64,000 bases of DNA from Callorhinchus milii (lineage: Eukaryota), in assembly GCF_018977255.1 (NCBI RefSeq), contig NW_024704742.1, positions 101,186,001-101,250,000 of the forward strand, written 5' to 3'. Made by a program: the position numbers and the translations under genes. The notes beneath the pieces were generated by a model that was given only the letters and a program-made list of their open reading frames with translations, had not been told where the DNA came from and did not search any database. The first letter of the stretch is position 1. The number at the start of each line of letters is the position of its first letter. Shown piece after piece: positions 12,511-25,052 of this stretch.

Positions 12511-13084
12511 ACGTGTAATAGTGTAAAGTTAAATTTGTTGCTAAACAAGCAGGAATTTCATTTTATGAAGAGTGGAATTGTCAATTATTCTTGGACTCTG
12601 AGCATTTAATCTTAAAAGATTAAAGCTATATATAGTTTATAAAAAGAGTGGGTAGATCAGTGGGGTGGACAAGAGCAAGAGGTCAATGTCTCAACATGGA
12701 GGGACTCGTGCATAGAAGCATTGGCAGTGAAAGGACATGTTACTTACAAACCAGAGAGTTGCTTCATGGTTCGGCTCATTGTAGTTGGAGATGATTTTGT
12801 AAAGATAATGGTGACAATGCAGCATTTTGCCAATATTCCCTTTGCAGTGTCAGCCTAAACAGTGAGCTCAAAGTCCCAAAATGAGGCTTGAACCCACAAC
12901 CTTCTGACTAAGAAGCATAGTATTGGTAGTAATCACATTTCACTCGTTTTTAATTGCTTGTTGGCACACTGCATATTGTTACAATTTCAGTTCCTATCAT
13001 TTCTAGAATTAATATTTGCCAAATCCTTTGGGTACCAATCAGGCAAAATATGTAGGTACAATCTCTAAAATATCTGATAAACAA

Positions 13085-13220
13085 AGAATATTCCCATTTT
13101 GAATACAATTGGGTATCTCTTGGATCTCCATGTGTAGGTGACATGCATAGAATTCTCAATTTGGTTTGGATACTGTTTGGGTTGGTGATGGGCTTCCACA
13201 TGTGTCAGAAACCCAGCTGA
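13085..13220 (-). repeat. Unclassified interspersed repeat, partial copy
   Basis: The reverse complement matches the start of the 50716 and 58676 copies (cagctgggt...tgtggaagcccatcacc...tccaaaccaaa). Confidence 0.65.
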
Positions 13221-14632
13221 TTTTAAATAACTTAAATGTGGAAATAATTCCAAATGAGAGGGACAAGAAAAAATCTGTAAGCATACAATTTCTCGAGTTG
13301 AATACTTGTGGGCTGCAGAAAATAAAATCAAGCCTATACAATCAGTGGATGCTTTTAAAGATTCTCCTCCCCACACTATCCACACCATCTCTCTGATTTC
13401 ATGTCCATTTACTAGCAAATACATAGTGTACATTGTACAATTATCTGTTAAAGAATAGCAGCTCTAGGAACTAGTTTTAAATAGGCTGCGATTCTTCAAG
13501 GCCATTTGCAGAATGAATTTGCTGCACAATCAAGAACTAGAGATTTCATTCCTGAGAATGCTTTTCACCACAGAAAATGACATTTCAAATACTGTCTCAA
13601 ATCTACTGAAAGTAGCAATAAATGCAAGTACAAGTTGTCCTTGTGTCATAAATTTTTGGATGATCTTTGAAAATCTGGCTTCTATTTAAGAGTTTATGTT
13701 GCATCACACTGCCTTAACCATGGCAAACCTCCAGATTCCATTCTTATCTGGATAAGAATTATCATTTCCTGACCTTATAAACATGTACAAGTAAGCATCA
13801 TGGCCGAGCTAACAAATGGAGATGGTTAAGTGGTAGCGATTGTTATCTTCCATGTAATTTCACTGCAGCATCAGAAGCAAGCAGAAAGAAACAAGGACTG
13901 ACTCCAGAAAGCTCTTATGATTCTTTGTAAACAAGAAATTCATGAAGCTAATCTCCTTGAGATAAGGACAATTTGCAAATCTTTGCAATAACACACTGAC
14001 TACATCAACAAGCATGAACTACACAAAGTGAAATCCTTCAAATTAATTAATCATGACTTGATGATGTCACATGTACATGTCATTCTTTCACTGATTGTGT
14101 ATAGGTATTGTTAGGAATAGGTAAAGATCCAAAAGCTCAATTGTATTGATAGATCAACTCCTGTTCATTATAATTCTTCTCTCCAGAAAAACTTCCAGTT
14201 CTCTCTTGATCCCATTTATACTAACTGTTTCACTGCCCATCAACACAGTGAAACAAGGGGACATAAGGTGGGCAATTTTCGGACAGATCTCAGGAAGTTT
14301 TATTTACCCAGAGGGTAATTAATGACTGGAGCAGGAGGCCAGGAAGGGTGTTTGACGATAGAACTCTGAACATGTGTTGAAAGCAGCTTGTTGTGTAATG
14401 GGGGATGAGGAGGATGTGTATTCTGAACGAATGAGATTGGGTTGCCAAAGGGCCTTCTTCATGCAAACCAATACAGAAAATTGGCATTCAAATTTAAATT
14501 GTGATTAACAATTGCAAAATTCTGTTTGCCTTTAAAGCCTAAGAAATAGAGCAAATGAAGACCCAGGTGGAATTTCTCTGCCTTCATTTGAAAATCAAAT
14601 CAATGTAAGCAACAAGACCAAGACTATTCATG

Positions 14633-14830
14633 GGTTCCTATATCATAGTGATTAATGCGCTCGCCTCACCAAGCGAGAGAATCTGGGTTCAATTCCTGGG
14701 GCGAAACCTGAGGCAAGTTTCCTTACTCCACACACATGGCTCTGTTTACCTAGCAGTAAGTAGCAACCCACTTGTAAGTCGATTGGCAGATCACTTTCTG
14801 GGTGTAATAATCCGTTCAGAAAAAATAATA
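14633..14830 (+). mobile_element. tRNA SINE, long (older) subfamily, 5' half
   Basis: Head plus gcaagtttccttactccacac, followed by the internal segment ctctgtttacctagcagtaagtag...gtcgattggcagatcac also present at 54899. Confidence 0.8.
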
Positions 14831-14877
14831 ATAATTCCTATAATAATATATTCTTATATATATCCTATAATAATAAT

Positions 14878-16240
14878 TCCTCTCCCGTGATTCCCTTCAC
14901 GAACTCCTCCAATCGGGTTTCCGTGCCACTCATAGCACAGAAACAGCTCTGGTCAAAGTGACAAATGACATTCTGTCAATCTGCAACTAGGGCTCCCTCT
15001 GCCTCCTCGTCCTCCTTGACCTCTGTCCTGCCTTTGACACCGTCGACCACTTTATCCTCATCCACTGCATCTCCTCTCACCTCAACCATCATGGCTCTAG
15101 CCTTAACTGGTCCAGATCGTACCTCTCACACTGCCTCCACTTCATCCCCACAAACGGTTTCTCCTCTAGCCCCTGTACCATCTTGTGCGGCGTTCCTCAG
15201 AGATCTGTCCTTGATGCTCTCCTCTTCAATATCTATATGCTCCCTCTTGGTGACGTAATTCACAGACATGGGGTCAACTTCCACATGTGTGCGGATGACA
15301 CCCAACTCTACCTCTCTGCCTCCATCCTTGACTCCAGGACCACTGCTTTCCTGATGTCTGTCGGACATCAAATCCTGGATGAGAGGTAACTTTCTTCAAG
15401 AAGACCGAGACTCTCCTGATTGGCTCCTGTCAGCGCCTCCTCACCTCAGGTGCTGACAGCATCACCACCCATGGTTGCACACTCCACCTTGCTAAGCCAG
15501 TCTGGAAAATTGGGGTCTTATTTGACCCTCAACTATCCTTTCTACCCCACATCTGCACCATGATCCGTTCTGCTTCCCCTCACATCCGCAACATTGCACG
15601 GTCCCGCCACTGTCTCACACCGCAAGCCGCCGAAACCCTCATACATGCTATCATTACATCGCGGCTCGATTATGCAAACTCATTGCTTGTCGGCCTCTCC
15701 AACTCCTCCCTCCATAGGCTGCAGATCATCCAAAACTCTGCAGCCCATGTCCTCTCCGACACTAGGTTCTTCAACCCTATCACACCCATCCTTGCCCAAC
15801 TCCAATCGCTTCCCATTACAGACGATACAGTTCAAGATCCTGCTCCTCACTTTCACAGCCCTCCACAGTCTTACTCCCCCCTACCTCTGTGACCTCCTAA
15901 CCCCCTAACATCCTGCTCCTCCCTCCGCTCAGCGGGCTCCAGCCTGCTTCATGTCCCCCACCTCACTTGCCCCACGCGAGCAGGCCTTCCACCACTCTGC
16001 CCCCACCCTCTGAAAATTCATCTCTCATTCCCTCCGCCTCGTCCCCTCCCTTGTCACCTTCAAGACCCATCTCAAGATCCTCTTCTTTGACCGTGCTTTT
16101 GATATCCCTGCTTCCCCCCCGTCCTCCACCTTCCCCCACCCCGACCCCAAGCTCGGGTCCGTAACTCTGTTTGTCCAGGGCCCTGGGACATCCTCCCGAC
16201 ATGAAAGCCACTTTACAAATGTAATTTTGTTGTTGTTGTT
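14878..16240 (+). mobile_element. L2 LINE 3' fragment (about 1.36 kb, frameshifted RT)
   Basis: [71 protein letters not shown]; (ttg)n tail. Confidence 0.93.
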
Positions 16241-16349
16241 ACAAAGGGTTGTGAAAATGAACTGTAAGTACATCATACTGATAAGCAGGAATACCAATCT
16301 GGTACATTCTATTTCCAGAGCAGAGGTTTTCTGTTTGACATGATGTATA

Positions 16350-16567
16350 TAATAATAATAATAATAATCCCTCAAGAAAATAAATAAATAAAATAATAAT
16401 TTGGTCACTCATTACACAACTGTTTGTGGGACACTGCTGTGTACAATTGGCTACCTGATTGGCCCACAAAGTATACAGTCAATTCACTTTACAGTATATT
16501 TTGTGAAGCGCTTTGAGACGTCTCAATGACATGATAAGGTGCTATATCAAATGTAAGGATTATTATT
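16350..16567 (+). mobile_element. tRNA SINE 3' half
   Basis: gtttgtgggacactgctgtgtacaattggct...gtgaagcgctttgagacgtc...aaatgtaaggattattatt. Confidence 0.8.
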
Positions 16568-17324
16568 TGGCCAATATGGATGATGGGTGTTGGTAGGAAG
16601 GGAAACACAGGAGAAAAGTAAAGGTATAATAAAACCAGGGAATGTCAATGGAGAAAAAAGAGAATAATGAAAACAGAAGGGATGACAGGGCAAGCAAAAT
16701 TAAATTATTTAAAATGTGCTTTTTAAATTGATTATTTTATCATTACTTTATTATTACAAAGTTAATATTACTCTAATTAAGTAACTCCTGATGTATGAGT
16801 TCGTTCATTACTGTATGATTACAAGCAATGCATGAGCTCGACACTTATAAAGCTATCAGGTCAAGGGGATAGTCAATTCCCTGATGCTGCCAGCAGTCAA
16901 TGGGTTAAAGATTACCAGCTGTGACCTTTCTTCATAACTAAGTCATTTTTTATGTAGGAGAAATTGAGTTGAAATTATAATTTTACTGTAAAATAATTAA
17001 CTTGGAATATGTTACAGACCATCAGACAATCCGAAGGAGCTGGGTGTATTTCCGTAGGATACCATAAAACATCTGAGTACTGAATCCTCAGTAATGATTA
17101 TAAGGGATTTCAATCTCTCTATCACAAATTGGGATTTATAATGAAGCTTGTCTGCATATAAACATGGATTTCTTACATTTATACAGGATTTCCTTCTAAA
17201 ATAAGATATGAGGGAACCATGTAACCCTGGATCTAGTTATAGCAATGATGAGAAACACAGATAGTGTAAAAGACTCTTTTAGGGCCAATAACCAGAAGGT
17301 TGTTACTTTCATTGTAGAATACAA

Positions 17325-17640
17325 TACAATGCAATTTACATTTACATAGTCCCTTTCGTGTTAGGAGGATGTCACAAGGCAATTCACACTGCTGGCTGGA
17401 TAACTGAGCTGGAATGGGAGCTGAAACATGACTGAAGCATGGGCAAAGCGGTCTTGAGGTGGGCTTTGAACATGAGGAGGAAGGGTCAGAGTCCAGAGTG
17501 GACATCCAGACAGTGGCGGCAGAATGGCTGAAAGCGTGCCCGCCAATGGGGGGGTGGGTGGAACGGACATGAAGCAGATTAGTTTTCGCTGAGCAAAAGG
17601 CTGTGCTGGATTGGTAGAGTTGTAGAAGGTTGCGGAGGTA
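17325..17640 (-). mobile_element. Degraded L2 3' fragment
   Basis: Reverse tail caatttacatttacatagtccctttc and a purine-rich reverse L2 body. Confidence 0.65.
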
Positions 17641-17817
17641 GGGAAGCTGATCTGTTCAAATGGAAAAAAATCACAAGAGTTTGTGTGGAAGCAGTGGATC
17701 AAATATTAGGGCCCTTCATCTACAGTTTTTACCTCAAACTGCACAAATTTACTTACAAATATAACACCATATTTATTAAAACATCTCACACTGCCAGCAC
17801 TGGCAAAGCTCGCTTAC

Positions 17818-17891
17818 TGTCAGCATTTTTCTTTGCAACTTTGCAGCGAATTTTCGTAGGCAGAGAAATGGCTCGAATCCAGCCCCGATCT
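17818..17891 (-). other. Candidate exon (74 nt)
   Basis: On the minus strand: acttttccgcag|AGATCG...CTGACA|gtaagc; locally CpG-rich and not TE-like. Confidence 0.3.
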
Positions 17892-19670
17892 CTGCGGAAA
17901 AGTCTTAACTACATTCAATAAATATAAAACCTTATCTAGTAAACGTTGCTCATAAATAAAGCCTGTTTGAATAAAGTCAATGTACTTTATTTACATCAAC
18001 AAATCCCAAATTTTTGACTCAGGAGTCCTGAAGAAGCTCACAAACATCATTACCTAAAATTTGAAACTGACTCACGCTTTTGGTATCCTCAGTATCTTGC
18101 TGCAGCTTCGGTCTGCTTCAAATTGCTGCCATTAAGTTGGGTTCCTTCCTGTGTATCTTCTGCTCAGTAAAGTTTCCTCCTCTGGAGAAACTTTTGGTTT
18201 CTGGGAGGTGTCTGGTTACTTTGTTGCCTGTCAATAACCACAAAACAATATGTCAGGTTTCAAGCCATTTTTAAAAAGTAAGCAGCATTTTATAAGAGTT
18301 GTTACTGTAACATTCTGTAAATTCCAGGCATGAATTTCATGGTTTATTTTGTTTTCAGCAGGCCTCCAATATTTCTTCCAGATCATCTTGTCATTTCTGG
18401 TTAGAATACAGTTGCTTAATTCTGTTTATTAAACAGCAAATCAAGCTGTTGCTGTCCTTTTCTAGATGTTTTATTACAAAGCTATGAGGATTATCAAACA
18501 ATTGTCAAATGTTGTTGTTCTGTAGAACCAATTTGACTTGCAATCTTGCAAACAATTGTTTTTTGTTTTAATATTGTGCTCTGTTAGCTTATTGGAATCT
18601 TTATCTGATCAGTGTTTGCTTGTTTAGGTGGATGTTAAAGATCCTGTGGCACTATTCAAAAAGAGAAGGGAGTTTCTATTCACAGTATTTACTATTATTT
18701 GATTTGATTTACCTTTTTATAATAATAAAATTTACCTTTTTCTTTAAGCATGGAAAACAAAGTCTCCTGGTCTTCAAGTCAGGGCTAAGGTACAATATGT
18801 AGGCATTACATTAGAGACTAGACAATGAGAAAATGCTGCCTACACTAACCAAGGTTTGTCACAAAAGCTCAGTGGATGGAGGTTCCATCTGACTATTCGG
18901 GTATATGTCAAAGATCCCATTATACTATTTGAAAAGAGAAACAAGTTTCTTCTGGTTTCCAGGTCAACAATCCCTCAAATAAAATTGGTCATTCACTTCA
19001 CCACCATTTGTAGGATATTACTGCGTACAAATTGACTGTCGTGTTCACTTAAAAATATATAGTCTCTGCACTTTACAGTAAATTTTGTGAAGCACTTTAA
19101 GATGTTTTGATGACGTACTAAGACTTTGTATCAAATGCAAGAGAGCACTCCTCCATGTTGAATTATTCGTTGATCCAATTCAATGATTTGTGAATCACTA
19201 CACTGCCTGAACTAAAAAAAATTCCACTTTGTCAAGCGTGCATGAAAAGATGTCAGGCACACAACACCTGCACATTCAGTGCAGCTCAACAATTAAGCAT
19301 GAACAGTTCCCGATCCTGTGAATAAAAGCACAAGAAATTAACCACAGTAGACAAAAACAGCAAACAGCAGTTTTTTGGCAACTGTCCAGGCCTACACATT
19401 CACAGAAAACAGTCCATCAGCAACTCGTCAGAATTCACTTGTGACAAGAGATCCAATAAGCAAACACTTAGCGGAATCCTGTTCCAGACAAAAAAATTAA
19501 GAGCACAACAATGTTTTCTACACTAATTAATCAGTTTGGGTGTCTGATAAAGTCTGTGGGTGAACTGCTGCCACAATCTTACACTCTATTGCTTTTATAC
19601 TGTTAAACAAGGTCCATATAAGTGACATGATTGAAGAAGCATTCCTTCATTTCTCGCCTTGGTCACTTCT

Positions 19671-20075
19671 AATAATAATAATAACAATAATAATTATTGC
19701 AGTTGATATTGCACCTTTCACATCAGGATGATGTTTCAAGACTTTTCACAGGACATACTGTAAACTGTAGTGACTCTATATTTTGTAGGTGAACACAAAA
19801 GTCAATTTGCCCACAAAATTAAGTGAATGACCAATATCTGGGGCATTTTTGGTCAGGACACTGGGAGGAACTCCCTCCTCTTTTCAACTAGGATCTTTAT
19901 CGTCCATATGGATAAGCGGATGGGATCATGTTTTAATGTCTCATCCAAAGGATGGTACCACTGTCAATGTAATACACCCAGCCCTGCATTACGGAGGCAG
20001 TCTAGACTTTATGGGCTCAAAGTACTAATGGGGGTTTAGAGGAAGAGTCCTGCCAACTCACCCAGTCAGACACAT
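19671..20075 (-). mobile_element. Old Deu-type SINE, degraded
   Basis: (aat)n reverse tail and reverse core ggtcaggacactgggaggaactccc...gggatcatgttttaatgtctcatcc. Confidence 0.7.
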
Positions 20076-20642
20076 CAAGTGCTCTTCTATGACACAAACT
20101 TTTCCAGGGAGGCTCGCAAAGTCAGCATTCAGAACGGAAGCTTTTTAAAAGTACAAACTTACTGTAAATTCCTTGAACCTCAAACAGCTAAAGATTTTAT
20201 CAGTTGTTCTGAGAAAATGTCAGGTCGACCTTTTGACTAGTTGCAAGAGGTCTGCTTCCTTAATCACTGTGAGGGCAGTTGACAATATTATTGAGCAGGA
20301 GCCTGACCGGGTGAAGTTGGGTCCGAGAATGCAATTTCAGAAGCAACTTAAGTATGATCTTATTCAAAAGTAAGATATCTTGTCTAAAACGAATTTCGAG
20401 AGAAATGTAGAGTAATAGGGAGAACATGCCTAATTATTTTATTTCTATCAGTTTTTGATTGGAGTGGGGAGGGAAAACAGTGAAAGTGCAAATAAAGAAA
20501 ATCTTGTCTGAAACTGCCCTGGGAATGTGTAGCTTACAGCATTGAACTTTGTGAAAGGCAGAAGAATTGTTCTCTGGAAAGGCCGGGCGTACAGTCCAAA
20601 TTGTGTCTTTGCCATAAAATGCTTCCAGCAGTCCAAGATGCT

Positions 20643-20951
20643 ATAATAATAATAATCCTTGCATTTGATACAGCGCTTTTCATGTCTTCTAGACGTCTCA
20701 AAGCTCTTCACAGAATATACTGTAAAGTGAATTGACTGTATATTTTGTGGGCGAAACGCGGCAGCCAATTGCGCACAGCAATGTCCCACAAACAGTCGTG
20801 GATTGAAGTGACCAATTTATTATTCTTTTTGGAGGGATTATTATCAGGCGTGTGGAGTAAGAAAACTTGCCCAAGGTTTTACTGTGCCAGGAATCGAACC
20901 CAGATCTCTCGCTTGCAAAGCAATTGCTCTTACCACTGAGCTACAGGACTC
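20643..20951 (-). mobile_element. Young full-length tRNA SINE
   Basis: Same family as 12192-12510; ends ...ccactgagctacaggactc. Confidence 0.92.
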
Positions 20952-21046
20952 TTATCTTGCATGAAGAGTGCTATATAAATGTACATTGCCATTGTTGTTC
21001 AAACTGAGATGGCAGTGTCTTGCATCAGCACTCAGCACCCTGATTT

Positions 21047-21470
21047 GTCTCCTGTAGCGCCTCTGAGTCACAATGTTGTGGGTTCAAGCTCCATGTCAGG
21101 ATTTGAAATCACATAGTCTAAGATGACACTCTAATACAATGCTGGGGGTGTATTGCATTGTTGGAGGTGCCGTCCTTCAGATGAGATGTTAAACTAAGAT
21201 TCCGTCTGCTTGTTCGGGTGAACATTAAAGATCCTATAGCACAATTCAAAAAGAGAAGGGAGTTCTGGCCAGTGGCCGGTGTTCTGGTCAACAATCCCCT
21301 AAATAAAATGTTCACTTGTTCCACGACTCTTTGTGGGACATTGTTGTCTGCAAATTGGCTGCTGCATTTCTCCTACAAAGTACATACTTTACATTATACC
21401 CAGTGAAGTACTTTGAGACATATTGACGATGTGATAAGGCACAATATCAAAATGCAAGGATTATGATTAT
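21047..21470 (+). mobile_element. Old Deu-type SINE
   Basis: gttgtgggttcaagctcc B box; gcattgttggaggtgccgtccttcagatgagatgttaaac core; L2-type tail aaatgcaaggattatg. Confidence 0.8.
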
Positions 21471-22899
21471 TATAGATAATATAATATTATTATAGATAAT
21501 ATAATAATAATATATATTACAGATAATGTAACTTTGCATTTGGAAGGTTCTGCAGGAAACCAGTTTCCAAATTGTAACTCAATTTAAGACGGTTAAAAAA
21601 TCAGAACCAGTGTAAAATTTGAGACAATGATCTTAAGAAAGGCAACGCAACCTGTTCCCAGGCTTCTGTCAATGCAGGTTCTATAGTTGATAACTGGGAG
21701 CTGTTTTTCAACAGTCTAGATTTTCTCCCTCAGGGAATGCTTGTTTCCATTTGATGCTTGGGATGGTCAAGTTTAGACTGCAACCACATTGTGTAGAATC
21801 ATTATATTCTATCACTCAGCAAATGTACATTAATGCATTGCACCATTTGGACTGCGTACAAACCAGTTTGTAATAATTTCTATTAGTTGATGCACAGAAA
21901 TTAAATTCATTCTAAATATAGAGTTTAGCCCATTATAAGTAGAATATGATGAATCTTGAAACAGATAATTTAACATCTGCATTCCTGATAGTTAGGAAAA
22001 AACACTTTGAAATATGGTTCAATAATACAGAAAGCTTTCAGACATAAGATTTTACATTAAAATGATTAAAAAAATGCAGTTGCAATGTAATTTGTGATGT
22101 TGCTAAAATTAGAAACTTTAAATACATATTATGCACATTGGAGGAATGTTTTGCAACTGTTGTTTATAAATTACAATTTACATTTATATAGTGCCTTTCA
22201 CATCGGGAATTCAGAACAATTTGCAAATGAATTCTGAAAAAAATAAAGTGCTAAGATTTACCAGGGTGAAGCAATTATTTTGCTGAATGGCCATGAAGAT
22301 AGTTGGTATTTGCAGGAAGATCACTTAATAATGCTGAGCACCATCCAACTAAGCTTTTTGGCTACAATATCAGCACATCTGGAGACATATTGAAAATAAA
22401 ATGTTTAATAAGGATTAAGGTGCAACAGATGGTGCAGCAAAAATTTCAGGCCCCATGCCCTCACTTCACAGAAAACTGTCAGGATTAATATTACAGTATC
22501 AGAAACAAATAAATAAAGTGGAAAACAAATAATGACATATCTGACATTACCAGCCACTAGTGCCAAGCCTTTGAAAAAAATGATATGTTTCTGATAGTAA
22601 TGAAGGTTGGAACAAACTTTCAGCCCAAAGATTGATTCAGCTCAGACTAATCTGCTAAATGTTGCCCAATTCCAGCCCATTTGATTTAGTTGTGACAGTT
22701 GCTTTTAAAAAAAACCTGTAAGCGAATAAAAAGGCTTTTGCCCCTATCAATTTTCTCTCCAGGTGGTGACTGATAGTTGAGTGGTTGGCATTTCAGTTTA
22801 TATTTTTCATCTAATTACAAATTACAATAACGATTGTTCATCTGGTTTAATTATTGGGTTGAAATTCCTGTCAGCATTTAGTTAACAGACATTTGGGGA

Positions 22900-23110
22900 T
22901 CAAAACTCCTAATGATTTTAATAACTTCTATCAGGTGACCCCTCAATCTTTTTTGTTCCAGCCGAAAAAGTCTCAGTTCCTCCCGTATCCGCTTATACAT
23001 CTCATCCCCGGTATCATCCTAGTAAATCTCCTCTGCACCCTCTCTATCATTTTGATGTCTTCCCTAAGTGGGTGACAAATACTGGACTCAAAATTCTAAC
23101 TGTGGATTCA
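22900..23110 (-). mobile_element. Degraded CR1 fragment
   Basis: cctagtaaatctcctctgcaccctctc is the reverse of the CR1 ERVQRRFTR motif. Confidence 0.65.
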
Positions 23111-23756
23111 GATTTTAGAAACTTCTTAAATTCAGTCTTAATTTTGAAGCTGTTTTTCTGTAAGTTTCTTATACGAACTACAGAAAACCTGTTTCAAAGT
23201 TATACTGAACTGAACTATTTTCCGCTGGGAGAAACTCCCTTCTCTTTCCAAATAATGTCTTTAATTATTATTATTATTAATGTCCAGCAGACCAGCAGTT
23301 GGTAGAACCAATTTGAATTCGGAGTAAATACTGCACTCAAAAAGAATTGAGCTGAATGGCTCAAATTTGTCTTGTGCACAACTCAAAATGTACAACTGGC
23401 CCAGAGAGAGGACTGATCGCATCAGTCTGAGCTGCAATGGGCCTGAGTGCTGGAAAAACAGTGAATGAACTCATTGCACCTTCACTCCTTCCTGTCCCTA
23501 AATCTAAAACATGCCTCTGAAACAGTTACAGCTGTGATATAGGTGGGAAAAGGAAGATCTGTGGGAGGCGTAAAGTATTTGGGCTGGTGGAAGCTATCTA
23601 TATGGTTTAAACTGACACATGTAGGCAGAGTCTCAAGCTCCTCTTAACCTGCTAAGTTTTGGAAAGTCACCAAATAGGCCGGTTTCATTTATGTATGGCT
23701 GTTCAGCAATTGTGTTGTTTGTATGCAATGGTATTTATTCAGCTCCCATTTCTTAC

Positions 23757-23891
23757 CAAGCAAAGTAACAGTTATAAGCACAGTCATCGCTAGTTGTCAA
23801 GGTCTTAATAACAAAGCGTCCTTTCAGCATTTCAGGAAAATGTGGAAACATTTCTGCTGATGACTTCATATGAACATTTGCAAGAAAGTTG
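23757..23891 (-). other. Candidate exon (135 nt, phase 2-2, one open frame)
   Basis: On the minus strand: ttttttaattttcag|CAAC...GCTTG|gtaaga. The open frame reads NFLANVHMKSSAEMFPHFPEMLKGRFVIKTLTTSDDCAYNCYFA; no recognised homologue. Confidence 0.35.
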
Positions 23892-24576
23892 CTGAAAATT
23901 AAAAAAGTTTTTTGAGAATCAAATGGGACAAAGTATTTTTCTGTAATTGATATTAAAATGGCAATGGGCATTTTTTCAATTTACCCCCCTCCCCAAATTT
24001 CTACTGGATTATTACTGCCACATGGTATATGTCAGAAGGCATCAACATGTAAATTGACGTGAAGCTAAAGCTTCCTTTGTGAAATTACAGCTCAACAATA
24101 GCTGCTGCTGTTGTTGTTTTAATAATGTGGCATTTCGTAGAATGTAAATCTCCAGTCTGTGCAGAATACACCTGAAGGATAAGTTCTTTACAGAATGACA
24201 CTTGGCTCCTCATTTGGGGCATTATAAACAGCAGTGCTTGTAGCATCTGAGTTGATTTACTAAACTCATCTTCAATTTCTAACAAGTCAATTTTAGCTTT
24301 GCGAATGATGTTAATTACCCGAATGTGTCGAATCTTTTGTTCCAGATGGTATAAGCACCATCTTGCAGTGTCCACATTGCATAATGAAAACCACTGTTCC
24401 TTATGTTCACTGTGCATGTTTGTGCAGTTTAATTGTTATAGTTCAATGGGATATTCTGTGCACTCTTTGTTATTTACCATCTGCTCTCAAAAGATCTTGT
24501 TCATTATCTCCAATGATAAATAAGGAATGAAACGTGATTGGGAATACTACAACGGCCGCAGATAAAATTGGTCATT

Positions 24577-25052
24577 CACAGGAACATAGGAACAGGAGTA
24601 GACTATTCAGGCCCTCGAGCCTGCTCGGCCATTCAATTAGATCTGTATTTCAACTAATCCTGTCAATTCCAATTTCCCGCTTTCTCCCCATATCCCTTGA
24701 AACCCTGATCTACCAAAATCTATCAACCTCACTCTTGAAGGTATGGATGGATCCAGCATCCACTGCCTTTTGGGGGAGAGAATTCCAGATTTCTACCACC
24801 CTTTGAATGAAAAAATGCTTCCTGATTTCACTCTTAAATGGCCTAGTTCTAATTTTAAGACTATGCCTCTGTTTTGGATTCCCCACCAGAGAAAATAGCT
24901 CCTCTGTATCTACTCTATCAAATCCCTTTATCATCTTAAACACCTCACTCAAATCACCCCTCAACCTTTGAAGCTCAAGGGAATAGAATCCAAGTTTATG
25001 CAGCCTTTCCTCATAACTTAACCCTTTAAGGCCTGGTAACATTCTGCTGAAC
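24577..25052 (-). mobile_element. CR1 LINE 3' fragment
   Basis: ORF 24710-25054 LSYEERLHKLGFYSLELQRLRGDLSEVFKMIKGFDRVD...FFIQRVVEIWNSLP; reverse 3' end cataggaacaggagtag. Confidence 0.93.
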
